From: a virus
Taxonomy: Duplodnaviria; Caudoviricetes
Strand: one strand, 5' to 3'
Virus record (IMG/VR): IMGVR_UViG_3300031606_000002
Location: 1 to 33,152 of that record
Length of the DNA stretch: 33,152 nucleotides
In this document: positions 17,812-27,547 of the stretch, in pieces
How positions within the stretch are numbered: the first letter of the stretch is position 1
Layout of the letters: the number at the start of each line of letters is the position of its first letter
The notes under the pieces: generated by a model
What the model saw: the letters and a program-made list of their open reading frames with translations, nothing else
Told to the model about the DNA's origin: nothing
Database searches by the model: none
Made by a program: the position numbers and the translations under genes

Positions 17812-18786
17812 ATGAGTAATTTAAAAAACGTACAGCTTGCCACTGCGGTGAATATCACCACTACATATGCAGGTGAATTTGCAGGTGAGTATATCGCGGC
17901 TGCACTTTTATCGGCAAGTACAATTAATGATGGTGGGGTAACAGTAAAAGCTAATATTAGTTATAAGGAAGTAATTAAGAAACTTGCAACAGGAAGTTTA
18001 GTGAGTCCTGCTACTTGTGACTTTGATCCAAATTCTTCAGTAACTTTAACTGAAAGAATTATTCAACCTACTGAACTACAAGTAAATTTACAACTTTGTA
18101 AAAAAGACTTTGTAAATGATTGGGAAAGCCAATCAATGGGATTCGGATTATCTCAGTCTTTACCCCCTAAGTTTAGTGACTTTTTAATTGCTCACGTAGC
18201 ATCAGAGGTGGCTAATTCAACGGAATTAAATATATGGCAAGGTGATACTGCTGCCGCTTCAAACAATTCATTTGATGGATTTGAAAAAATTATTAGAACT
18301 TCTGCTGCTGCAGGAGATATTCCTGCAGGTCAAATAATCGCTGCTGCTGCTGTAACCGCGGCAAACGTAATTGTGGAATTACAAAAAGTGGTAGCTGCTA
18401 TTCCAAATACATTATATGGAAAACCAGGATTAAGAATATATGTTCCAAGTTCAATAGCTAAATTTTATGTGCAAGCACTTGGTGGATTCTCAGTAGCTGC
18501 TACATCTAATGCAGGTGTTGATAATAAAGGAACACAATGGTGGAATAATGGTTCGTTAACTGTTGACGGTGTACAAATTTTTGTATGTCCCGGATTAGCT
18601 GACGATAAAATGTATGCTGCAGAAATTGAAAACTTATATTTCGGTTGTGGTTTATTAAATAACAACCAAGAAGTCAAGGTAATTGATATGGCTGACATAG
18701 ATGGCAGTAACAATGTAAGAATGGTAATGCGTTTCACAAGTTCTGTCCAGTTTGGAATTGCATCTGATATTGTTGAATATCAATAG
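17812..18786 (+). CDS. major capsid protein
   Basis: 324 aa, TTYAGEFAG, NIWQGD...FDGF, followed by strong terminator. Confidence 0.8.
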   Translation: MSNLKNVQLATAVNITTTYAGEFAGEYIAAALLSASTINDGGVTVKANISYKEVIKKLATGSLVSPATCDFDPNSSVTLTERIIQPTELQVNLQLCKKDFVNDWESQSMGFGLSQSLPPKFSDFLIAHVASEVANSTELNIWQGDTAAASNNSFDGFEKIIRTSAAAGDIPAGQIIAAAAVTAANVIVELQKVVAAIPNTLYGKPGLRIYVPSSIAKFYVQALGGFSVAATSNAGVDNKGTQWWNNGSLTVDGVQIFVCPGLADDKMYAAEIENLYFGCGLLNNNQEVKVIDMADIDGSNNVRMVMRFTSSVQFGIASDIVEYQ

Positions 18787-18805
18787 AATTAATTAATCAA
18801 AATTG

Positions 18806-18839
18806 GGGTAAGTGGGATTAAACTTACTTACCCTTTTTT
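18806..18839 (+). terminator. intrinsic terminator
   Basis: GGGTAAGTGGG...CTTACTTACCC plus T-run. Confidence 0.8.
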
Positions 18840-18859
18840 ATAAATAAAAAATATAAATT

Positions 18860-19396
18860 ATGGCTTGTCTTTTAACAACAGGAAGAAGTATACCGTGTAA
18901 ATCAGCCTTTGGTGGAATAAAAACAATTTATTTTGCTGACTTCGGTGGATTAACAGCAGTGGTAGTAGATGCAACTACAAAAGCAGTAACTTCTATAACA
19001 GGAACAGTAGCAGGATGGACTAAATGGTCAGTCAAAGGAAATTCTTCACTTGAAACAACTGTAACAAGTTCAAGAGAAAATGGAACTACTTTCTACACTC
19101 AAACTTTAAATGCAACTTTCACATATTTAGATGCTAAAACTCAAGCTGAATTACAGCTTGTAGCTACTGCTCGACCTTATGTAGCGGTAGAAGATTACTA
19201 CGGTAATGTCTTTTTATGCGGATTTGAAAATGGAATGGAACTAACATCTGGAACTGTCGTTTCAGGTGCTGCCGCAGGTGATCTTTCAGGATTTACAATT
19301 GTAATGGAAGGAATGGAAGAATTAGCTCCATACTTTTTAACTGCTGCATCATTACTTACACCAATTGATGCGGATATTATTGATCCAACAGCATAA
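18860..19396 (+). CDS. major tail (tube) protein
   Basis: MAC.LT.GR..PCK...GGIK, SRENGTTFYTQ, T-rich, followed by terminator. Confidence 0.65.
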   Translation: MACLLTTGRSIPCKSAFGGIKTIYFADFGGLTAVVVDATTKAVTSITGTVAGWTKWSVKGNSSLETTVTSSRENGTTFYTQTLNATFTYLDAKTQAELQLVATARPYVAVEDYYGNVFLCGFENGMELTSGTVVSGAAAGDLSGFTIVMEGMEELAPYFLTAASLLTPIDADIIDPTA

Positions 19397-19415
19397 CAAT
19401 TAAATTAAATAAAAT

Positions 19416-19446
19416 AAAAGCACTCTTAATAGGGTGCTTTTTTTTT
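19416..19446 (+). terminator. intrinsic terminator
   Basis: AAAAGCACTCT-TAAT-AGGGTGCTTTT plus T-run. Confidence 0.85.
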
Positions 19447-19462
19447 ACCTTCACGTTTGTAC

Positions 19463-19489
19463 AAAATAAGTTATTTAATACGTTATATA
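19463..19489 (+). promoter_or_regulatory. late-promoter-like AAAAT-N12-ACGTTATATA
   Basis: Repeated motif directly after a terminator, 4 nt before ATG. Confidence 0.75.
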
Positions 19490-19493
19490 GGTA

Positions 19494-19922
19494 ATGATAG
19501 TTTTTACTACTGCTGCAACAGCACAAACGTTTAATATTATACCACGAACTTATGAGGCTGAGTTTAGTATGGCTATAACTGATGACAGTACTAACATTCC
19601 AGTATATTATGACATTACAACTGCAACAACTAATGTAAATTATCTTACATTTAATCAGATATTTAATCCTGTATTAGTTGAAGGACATTTCTATGATATT
19701 AGATTATATACTGATTATAATTATTGGAATACAAACTATCTACTATGGGAAAATGACACCAGTTTTTGGAATATAGACCGCACAACAGATGTAACTATTT
19801 TTAGAGAGAGAGTTTTTTGTACAGACCAAGATATTGACCAAATGGAAGACGAATATTATAATATGAATTTAGGAGTTTATGAAACATTTGACTCTGACAG
19901 TAATACATATAAGGTTTTTTAA
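19494..19922 (+). CDS. virion structural protein (possible head closure)
   Basis: Position before portal; beta-rich. Confidence 0.45.
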   Translation: MIVFTTAATAQTFNIIPRTYEAEFSMAITDDSTNIPVYYDITTATTNVNYLTFNQIFNPVLVEGHFYDIRLYTDYNYWNTNYLLWENDTSFWNIDRTTDVTIFRERVFCTDQDIDQMEDEYYNMNLGVYETFDSDSNTYKVF

Positions 19923-19924
19923 TT

Positions 19925-21823
19925 ATGAGAAAAAATATAAAAAGAGATAATCAAGGTAAATTTTCTAAAAACAGGTCAGAATTTAGTTTTGTTAATTTGT
20001 CAACTTATACAAGTCCTGAAGTTGTTGAGGTTAAAAATAAAGATTGGGTAAAATATGGAATAGATAATAATTATTTTCAGTTTCTTATTGACCGTTACAA
20101 TGGTTCACCTACCAACAATGCTTGTGTTAATGGTATTAGTCAACAAATCTATGGTAAAGGAATAAACGCTACAGATTCAAGCTCAAAACCAAATGAATAT
20201 GCTCAAATGATAATTCTTTTAAAACCTGATATGGTTCAAAAGGTTTGTTATGATTTCTATCTAATGGGTCAAGCTGCGATTCAAGTAATTTATAATAAAG
20301 GAAGAACTAAGATTGCTCAGTGTGAGCACTTTCCTATTGAAACATTAAGAGCAGAAAAAGCAGATGAAGAAGGTAATATAAATGGTTACTATTATTATAA
20401 TGATTGGACTGCTATAAAACCAAACGAAAAAGCATTACGTATTCCTGCTTACGGTACAAGCAAAGAAAATATTGAAATTTATTATATTAAACCTTATAAA
20501 GCAGGGTTTTATTATTACTCGCCTGTGTCGTATCAAGGGGGTTTACAGTACTGCGAACTTGAGGAGGAGATTAGCAACTACCACTTAAATAACATAATGA
20601 ATGGTTTGGCACCCTCGATGTTAATCAACTTTAATAACGGAACTCCAAATCAAGAACAAAGAGAATTAATAGAACAACGTATCGCTCAGAAGTTCTCAGG
20701 AAGTTCAAACGCTGGGAAGTTCATTTTAGCGTTTAACGATAATAAAGAAAGTCAAGCAGAAATTACTCCTGTTCAATTAAGTGATGCACATTCTCAATAT
20801 CAATTTCTAAGTGATGAGTCAACAAGAAAAATTCTTGTTTCTCATAGAGTAGTATCTCCTATGTTACTTGGAATAAAAGATAATTCAGGACTTGGAAACA
20901 ATGCTGAGGAGATTAAGACAGCATCCTTGTTAATGGATAATACTGTTATAAGACCTTTTCAGGAGCTTTTACTTAATTGCTTTGATAAACTACTCGCTTA
21001 CAACGATATTGCTTTAAACCTATACTTTATCACGTTACAGCCGTTAGAATTTACTGATGTTGACCCGACTATTCAAGATGATGAAGATATTGAAGAAGAA
21101 ACAGGAGTTGAAATGGAAAAATTATGTTCTGACTCAGACTCAAAAGAAGACGTAGCACAAGAATTAATCAATCTTGGAGAAGATATAGATTTAGACACTT
21201 GGGAAGTTATTGATGAGGTAGATGTTGACTATGAAAATGAAGACAAGTACGATGCTATTATAGATGTATTAAATGAAGAAAATAATAAACAAGCATCAGT
21301 ACTTAGTAAAATTATAAACTTAGTTAGTACAGGTAGAGCCTATCCAAATGCAAGAAGTATTCAAGATGAAAAAATAAAAGAAAATTATTTTAAAGTAAGA
21401 TATTATTATTTTCCTAAAAACAATGCAGGTGGAGTAACAAAAAGTCCAAGAGCATTTTGTGTTGCTATGGTAAAAGCAAATAAATTATATAGAAAAGAGG
21501 ATATTGTAAGAATGGATAACAGAGTAGTAAATGAAACGTATTTTTCTAAAAAACAAGGTAAAGAAATTGGATGGGGTCCAGAGGGAGCATTAACTTATTC
21601 TATTTGGAAATTTAAAGGAGGAGGCAATTGTCATCATTCTTGGAGGAGAGTAACGTTTAAAAGTAAAGATGCTAATATAAATGTTAAAACATCAAAAGAT
21701 ATTATTGGTACAAGAGCAGCAGAAATTGATGGATATAAAATAAGAAATGATTGGCAAGTTTCTATTCAACCACGATTATTACCAAACAAAGGCTTTTTGC
21801 CTGGAAACCCACAAGGAAAATAA
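19925..21823 (+). CDS. portal protein with C-terminal extension
   Basis: YG.DNNY, SPTNNA, NGLAPS, KFSGSSNAGK, HRVVSPMLLGI portal-like motifs; acidic linker then basic Cys/His domain. Confidence 0.8.
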   Translation: MRKNIKRDNQGKFSKNRSEFSFVNLSTYTSPEVVEVKNKDWVKYGIDNNYFQFLIDRYNGSPTNNACVNGISQQIYGKGINATDSSSKPNEYAQMIILLKPDMVQKVCYDFYLMGQAAIQVIYNKGRTKIAQCEHFPIETLRAEKADEEGNINGYYYYNDWTAIKPNEKALRIPAYGTSKENIEIYYIKPYKAGFYYYSPVSYQGGLQYCELEEEISNYHLNNIMNGLAPSMLINFNNGTPNQEQRELIEQRIAQKFSGSSNAGKFILAFNDNKESQAEITPVQLSDAHSQYQFLSDESTRKILVSHRVVSPMLLGIKDNSGLGNNAEEIKTASLLMDNTVIRPFQELLLNCFDKLLAYNDIALNLYFITLQPLEFTDVDPTIQDDEDIEEETGVEMEKLCSDSDSKEDVAQELINLGEDIDLDTWEVIDEVDVDYENEDKYDAIIDVLNEENNKQASVLSKIINLVSTGRAYPNARSIQDEKIKENYFKVRYYYFPKNNAGGVTKSPRAFCVAMVKANKLYRKEDIVRMDNRVVNETYFSKKQGKEIGWGPEGALTYSIWKFKGGGNCHHSWRRVTFKSKDANINVKTSKDIIGTRAAEIDGYKIRNDWQVSIQPRLLPNKGFLPGNPQGK

Positions 21824-21828
21824 GAGAT

Positions 21829-22341
21829 ATGGCAACACCACTTTTTATAAATAGAACCGATTTAGTCCGCAATAGTATTATTGACGGTAATGTAGATACA
21901 AATAAGTTTATTTTTTTCATAAAAATTGCTCAGACTATACATATTCAAAACTTTTTAGGTACTGAATTGTATCAGGAATTTGAAGGAATGATTACAGCAG
22001 GAACATTAACAGTAGGTGCAAATCCAAATCATTATACATTAATGACCGATTATATTCAACCTATGCTTATTTGGTATGCACAAACAGATTACATTCCTTG
22101 GGCAGCTTTTCAAATAAAGAACGGAGGTGTTTTTAAGCACACTTCAGAGAACAGCGAAAGTGCTTCAAAAGAAGAATTAGATTATTTAATTGCAAAGGCA
22201 AGAGAGTACGCAGAATGGTATACAAGAAGATTTATAGATTATATGAATTTTAATCAAACATTATTCCCTAAATATTATTCTAATAGTAATGACGATATTG
22301 ACCCAAGTCAAGATGCAATTTTTAATGGATGGGTATTATGA
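21829..22341 (+). CDS. putative head-tail adaptor
   Basis: AQ.IHIQ..LGT.LY, YIQPMLI; follows portal; ATG at 21829. Confidence 0.55.
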   Translation: MATPLFINRTDLVRNSIIDGNVDTNKFIFFIKIAQTIHIQNFLGTELYQEFEGMITAGTLTVGANPNHYTLMTDYIQPMLIWYAQTDYIPWAAFQIKNGGVFKHTSENSESASKEELDYLIAKAREYAEWYTRRFIDYMNFNQTLFPKYYSNSNDDIDPSQDAIFNGWVL

Positions 22342-22412
22342 GATATAAACCAAAACAAAAAAACGTAATAAAATTATTAATGTTTTTAAAAAAACAAAAG
22401 AGAAAAAAATAA
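22338..22412 (+). CDS. tiny basic peptide, 24 aa (MRYKPKQKNVIKLLMFLKK...)
   Basis: Not in ORF track; ATGA overlap and ends 3 nt before tail fibre ATG. Confidence 0.5.
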   Translation: MRYKPKQKNVIKLLMFLKKQKRKK

Positions 22413-22415
22413 ATT

Positions 22416-25400
22416 ATGGCAACTTTATACAATACTAAAATTTCAGCTACTTATTCTGGTCTTGTGAAGACAATAGACAGTGCTGCTATAACTGCAGCCC
22501 TTAAAGAATTAACTGATGGTACTGGTTTACAAACTGGTTTATATATTAATACAGCGGGAGATTTTAAAGTTACTTCTATTTTAGAGTGGGGTTCTTTAAA
22601 GGACACAGGCACAGGAGTGACTATCACCCAATTTGTAACAGCAGCAGATGGTATTGGAAGTTTTAATAACGATACTACAGTGCCAACAAGTGCAGCAGTA
22701 AAAACGTATGTAGATGCAGTTGTAACAGCATCAGATTTAGATTTCTTAGGAGATTCAAATGTTGGAACACCTGCTGTTGATTTAGATTCTCAAAACTTTA
22801 GTATTTTAGGAACAGCAAACGAAATTGAAACAAGTGGAAACGCTCAAACCTTAACAATAGGATTACCAAATGATGTTACCATAGCTGATGACTTGACTGT
22901 TACAGATGTTTTAACTGTTAATGGTACTGTATTATCAAATATTATAGAGGGTGGCTTACAAATCAACAATTCAGGTGGTAGCCATACGGTAAGAATCAAA
23001 GATGCAAGTGGAGGAAACTTATTTAACACAGACCCAACAAATTCAAGAATAGCAATTAATAAACTTACTCCTTCAACTACCTTAGATGTTAATGGAACAG
23101 TTACAGCTACAACTTATATAGGAGATTTAAATGGAACAATAAATACAGCGACTACAGCAACAACTCAAACAGCAAGTGATAACTCAACTAAGGTAGCAAC
23201 AACCGCTTATGTAGATACGCTTGATGCAGCTTCAGACCTTGACACAGCAGGAGATAGTGGTACGGGAGATATAAACCTTAACACTCAATCTTTAGCAGTT
23301 ACAGGAACTACTAATCAAATCGTTACAGTAGCAGCAAATCAAGGAATTAGTTTAGCTTTTCCAAGCACTATAGTAATTCCTAATGGTTCAACTGCTACTA
23401 CTCAAAGTGCCAGTGACAATAGTACAAAAGTTGCGACAACAGCATATGTAGATGTTTTAGATTCAGCATCAGATTTAGATATTACTGATGGAGTAGTAAC
23501 TGGAGATGTTAATTTAAACACTCAAAGTTTAAGTATTCTTGGTACTACTAATCAAGTTACATCAACGGTATTAAATCAATCAGTAACATTAAGTTTACCT
23601 AGTTCTATAAATGTAAACTCAGCTTCAGCAACAATATTAGAAACAGCAAGAGATATTTCTTTAACTGGTCAAGCAACTGCAACAATATCAAGTTTTGATG
23701 GAAGTGTAAATGTAAGTGGTGCAGTAACTTTAGATAATAACTCAGTAACTGGAAAAGTATTAACAGGATTACCAACACCTGCAGCAGCAACAGTATTACC
23801 TGCAGATTCTATTTTAGATGGTATTGGAAAACTTCAATCACAAATAAATGGTTTAGCAGGTGGATTAAGATTTATAGGTTCTTGGAATGCTACTGCAAAC
23901 TCTCCATCCTTAAGTTCTGGTGGAGGTGAAGCAACAAGCGGAACGACAACAGGAACGACTGCAAATAAATTAGTAGATAGTGCTGCAAACTTTAGTGTAA
24001 CAGTAACAGTAGGTGACCAAGTAGTTAATCAAGTAGATGGACAAACTGCTTTAGTAACAAATGTAGACAGCTCTACAATACTTTCGTTAGATGCTGATAT
24101 TATAGTTTCAGGTGAGGCATATACAATAGATAATACTCCATTTTTAACACAAGGACATTATTATGTTGTTAGTGTAGGTGGAACAACAAGTTTAAATGGA
24201 ATTGCTAACTGGTCAGTAGGAGATTGGGTAATTGCAGGAGCGAATAATGAGTGGACACAACTTGACCATACAGATGTTGAAGGAGTTGGAACAGTTGGAA
24301 ACATTCCTAAATGGTCAGCTACTGGAACTATTGCTGATTCTATTATGGCAGAATCTGGTACAGAAATAACAGTTTCAGGAATTTTAAGCACCACAACAAA
24401 TTTAAACTCAGGAAGTAATTTTGCAGTAGCTACTAATAAATTCACAGCTAACGCAACAACAGGAAACGTAGCTTTTGAAGGTGATTTAGCTATCAATACA
24501 AATAAGTTTACAGTAAATGCTACAAGTGGAGCAACAGCAGCAGCAGGAACAATAACTGCACCTACTTTTTCAGGAGATTTAAATGGTACAATAAACACTT
24601 TAACTACTGCCGTAACTCAAGCAGCAAGTAATAATTCTACTCTTGTAGCAACGACTGCTTATGTAGATACTGCAGCAGGTTTATATTTACCACTTGCAGG
24701 GGGTACAATGACAGGAGCAATTGATAGCACTGGGGATTTAGTTTTAAAATCTGATAGTATTACAGCATTAACTTTATGGGATAGTGGAGGACAAGGACTT
24801 GGAAAATTTCATAATAATTTAACTGTTTTAGGAACGGTAGGAATAGGGATGACTGCTGGAACAGTATCTGCTGAAATTAAAGGACGTGCTTCAGATGGAA
24901 AATCTTTAAGATTATGGGATAATGCAGGAACAGACATATTAGATTTATATAACAATGGAACAAATGCTTATATTAATACAACTCATAGTGGAGGAGCAGG
25001 AAATCCATTAATTATACAAACTAATTCTGTTACTGCTTTAACAATAGACACTGCACAAAACGCAACTTTTGCAGGAGATGTAAGTTTAGGAGATGCTAAA
25101 AAATTAAAATTTGGTGCAGCACCTGATTTTGAAATTTACCATAATAATACAACAAATGTAAATCACATTACATCTTTATTAGATAGACAATTAGCAATAA
25201 GTAGTAATACTATTAATTTAACTAATCAAGCAAGTACTACAACTTATTTACAATTAGCTGCTGCAGGAGCAACTTTTGCAGGAAATGTAGATGTATATCA
25301 GGCAACAGATTCACAGTTACAAATAGAATCCTTAAATGAAGATGCTACTTTAATTATTAATAGTGGAGCAGATGGTGTTGGTGGTGCAAATAGAGAAGAA

Positions 25401-26426
25401 GGGTTTATTAAGTTTTATCAAGATAATGCTGAACATTTTACTTTAGGTAAAAGAAATAATGGTCAATTTGTTTTATTAGATAATGTAGCAGGACAAGATG
25501 TTATTACCTTTCAAGATAATGGGGGTATTTTATTAACACCTTCAAATAATCTTACTCAAATTACAGGTTCAGTAGGAATTGGAGCAGCACCATTACAAGG
25601 GAAATTGGATATATTAGATGCTGGTGCTTATTCCGCTCATACAGGACACGGAGTAGCAATAAATTCAAACGCAAGTAATGCTTATACATCTATGTATATG
25701 GGTGCGGATGATAGTGTTGATGCTGCTTATATACAATCAGCAGGAAGAAATACATCTTTTACTACTAAAAAATTATTATTAAATCCAAATGGTGGAAATG
25801 TCGGGATCGGAAATACCACTGCTTACAGTAGACTTGACGTAACGGCTCCAGCAACTAAGACAAATCTTGGTGTACCATCTAATCAAACAATAACTTTATC
25901 AGGAGGTGGAGGTCTGAATGAATATAATCAAATTGGATTTGGTTATACAGCTGGAGATTTTTCCCCTGCTGTAATAGGGTTTCTTACTACTAGTGGTCTT
26001 GTTAGTACAAAAGGTGCATTGATTTTCGCACTAAGAGATAGTACTACTGCTATTGCCCCAACAGAAAGAATGCGTATTACAAGTGGGGGGGATGTTAATA
26101 TTGTAAAAGAGGTAACAGCTGCAAGTTTTATATCAGGCAAAGGTAGTAATTCAATTACAGCAAGTGGTACTGCTGATATAATAAATATGAGTGGCACAAA
26201 TGGGATATATACTGTTGCTGTAGTAGTAACAGGGGGTTCAAGTATTTATATCGCAAATGCTGTGTTTATTTCACACGCAGCAAATAGCGAATATATTAAA
26301 GCTCAAGATATATATGATGGTTCAAATGTAACATTATCTGTAAGTGGCACTAATATAAGAATAACAAATGATGGCTTTGGAACATTAACTTGGTTATGGT
26401 CATATAAATTTCAAGCATTTAATTAA
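22416..26426 (+). CDS. tail fibre / receptor-binding protein, 1336 aa
   Basis: T/G/S/A-rich, repeated NSTKVATTAYVD and VGIG/ERMRI fibre motifs, LPLAGGTMTG. Confidence 0.85.
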   Translation: MATLYNTKISATYSGLVKTIDSAAITAALKELTDGTGLQTGLYINTAGDFKVTSILEWGSLKDTGTGVTITQFVTAADGIGSFNNDTTVPTSAAVKTYVDAVVTASDLDFLGDSNVGTPAVDLDSQNFSILGTANEIETSGNAQTLTIGLPNDVTIADDLTVTDVLTVNGTVLSNIIEGGLQINNSGGSHTVRIKDASGGNLFNTDPTNSRIAINKLTPSTTLDVNGTVTATTYIGDLNGTINTATTATTQTASDNSTKVATTAYVDTLDAASDLDTAGDSGTGDINLNTQSLAVTGTTNQIVTVAANQGISLAFPSTIVIPNGSTATTQSASDNSTKVATTAYVDVLDSASDLDITDGVVTGDVNLNTQSLSILGTTNQVTSTVLNQSVTLSLPSSINVNSASATILETARDISLTGQATATISSFDGSVNVSGAVTLDNNSVTGKVLTGLPTPAAATVLPADSILDGIGKLQSQINGLAGGLRFIGSWNATANSPSLSSGGGEATSGTTTGTTANKLVDSAANFSVTVTVGDQVVNQVDGQTALVTNVDSSTILSLDADIIVSGEAYTIDNTPFLTQGHYYVVSVGGTTSLNGIANWSVGDWVIAGANNEWTQLDHTDVEGVGTVGNIPKWSATGTIADSIMAESGTEITVSGILSTTTNLNSGSNFAVATNKFTANATTGNVAFEGDLAINTNKFTVNATSGATAAAGTITAPTFSGDLNGTINTLTTAVTQAASNNSTLVATTAYVDTAAGLYLPLAGGTMTGAIDSTGDLVLKSDSITALTLWDSGGQGLGKFHNNLTVLGTVGIGMTAGTVSAEIKGRASDGKSLRLWDNAGTDILDLYNNGTNAYINTTHSGGAGNPLIIQTNSVTALTIDTAQNATFAGDVSLGDAKKLKFGAAPDFEIYHNNTTNVNHITSLLDRQLAISSNTINLTNQASTTTYLQLAAAGATFAGNVDVYQATDSQLQIESLNEDATLIINSGADGVGGANREEGFIKFYQDNAEHFTLGKRNNGQFVLLDNVAGQDVITFQDNGGILLTPSNNLTQITGSVGIGAAPLQGKLDILDAGAYSAHTGHGVAINSNASNAYTSMYMGADDSVDAAYIQSAGRNTSFTTKKLLLNPNGGNVGIGNTTAYSRLDVTAPATKTNLGVPSNQTITLSGGGGLNEYNQIGFGYTAGDFSPAVIGFLTTSGLVSTKGALIFALRDSTTAIAPTERMRITSGGDVNIVKEVTAASFISGKGSNSITASGTADIINMSGTNGIYTVAVVVTGGSSIYIANAVFISHAANSEYIKAQDIYDGSNVTLSVSGTNIRITNDGFGTLTWLWSYKFQAFN

Positions 26427-26431
26427 ATAAA

Positions 26432-26721
26432 ATGTCAAAAATTAGTAAAGAAGAATTAAAAAATTTACAAGAACTAAAAGCTAAAGTAGAAATGTTAGAA
26501 AAGAATTGTAATTGTAAAAATTAGTATATTTGAATTTAATCATAAATTAATAAAAATGTCAAAAATTAGTAAAGAAGAATTAAAAAATTTACAAGAACTA
26601 AAAGCTAAAGTAGAAATGTTAGAAAAGAATTGTAATTGTAAAAATTAGTATATTTGAATTTAATCATAAATTAATAAAAATGTCAAAAATTAAAAAAGAA
26701 GAATTAAAAAACTTACAAGAA
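26432..26721 (+). repeat. 124-bp tandem direct repeat (2 full copies plus partial third), each full copy encoding a 30-aa mini-ORF and a TATATTTG box
   Basis: ATG at 26432, 26556, 26680; mini-ORFs 26432-26524 and 26556-26648. Confidence 0.9.
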
Positions 26722-26946
26722 CAAACAGGAAAATTAAATGCTATTAAGCACGACCTTGGTTTATTACAAACTCAAACACATAGTTTAAATCATATGTATG
26801 TTGAATTAATGGTAGAACAAGATAAATCTAAAAAAGAACTTGAAGAATCTTATGGTAAGATTAACATTGATTTAAAAGATGGTTCTTACAAAGAAATAAA
26901 AGAAGAAAAGAAATCAGATTGGGGAAACGTAATTGATATAGAATAA
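26680..26946 (+). CDS. coiled-coil hypothetical protein (possible fibre chaperone)
   Basis: LEE.YGKINIDLKDG motif; follows tail fibre. Confidence 0.6.
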   Translation: MSKIKKEELKNLQEQTGKLNAIKHDLGLLQTQTHSLNHMYVELMVEQDKSKKELEESYGKINIDLKDGSYKEIKEEKKSDWGNVIDIE

Positions 26947-26951
26947 TAAGT

Positions 26952-27407
26952 ATGAAAAAAATTAGCGACCACATAAGCTTTAAAGAAGCAACGTATAGTA
27001 AAACAGCTCAGCAATTAGGTTTAGATAATAAACCAAAAGCTGAACATTTAGAAAATATGGAATTGTTAAGTGAAAAAGTATTTGAACCTCTTAGAAAATG
27101 GGTAGGAGGTCCAATACAAGTTAATAGCTTTTATCGTTCTAAGGAATTGAACTCAAGAATTAGCGGAGCATTAAGCTCTGCCCATCTTTCTGGTCAAGCA
27201 ATAGATATTACTACTATGGGCAAAAAAACAAACCTTGAAATGTTTCATTATATAATTGAAAATTTAGATTTTGACCAAGTAATTTCTGAATATCCAGTTG
27301 ATGGTGAACCACGATGGATTCACGTTTCCTATAAAAGTAAAAAAGATAATAGAAAACAAGCGTTAGAGATTAAAAGAAAAGGAAGATATTTTACTTATAA
27401 TATATGA
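26952..27407 (+). CDS. endolysin, peptidase M15A-type
   Basis: SFYRS..LN, SAH..GQAID, WIHVS Zn-binding motifs. Confidence 0.88.
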   Translation: MKKISDHISFKEATYSKTAQQLGLDNKPKAEHLENMELLSEKVFEPLRKWVGGPIQVNSFYRSKELNSRISGALSSAHLSGQAIDITTMGKKTNLEMFHYIIENLDFDQVISEYPVDGEPRWIHVSYKSKKDNRKQALEIKRKGRYFTYNI

Positions 27408-27547
27408 AATGGGAATTTGCTTTAATGGATAGGTCGTTAGTTGGTTTAATGATTGGTTTTAGTTATTTTCCAAAAGAAGATGAAAACGATTATACTGAGT
27501 TCAATATATTTGTATTATTAATAGTGTTACATTTTAAATTTTATTAA
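27404..27547 (+). CDS. small hydrophobic protein, 47 aa
   Basis: Not in ORF track; ATGA overlap; two hydrophobic stretches. Confidence 0.55.
   Translation: MKWEFALMDRSLVGLMIGFSYFPKEDENDYTEFNIFVLLIVLHFKFY

Noticed and set aside
21751-21828. TTG-initiated extension of the adaptor ORF
   Set aside because: Overlaps portal end; ATG at 21829 is more plausible
529-26197. Minus-strand ORFs in the supplied track (e.g. 529-729, 3585-3995, 16683-16997, 24161-24598, 25943-26197)
   Set aside because: They lie opposite well-supported + strand genes, have shadow-like composition and no recognisable motifs
26432-26721. CRISPR-like array
   Set aside because: Units are fully identical 124-mers without unique spacers; no cas genes
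22416-26721. Diversity-generating retroelement acting on the tail fibre
   Set aside because: No reverse transcriptase and no template/variable repeat pair differing at adenines in the window
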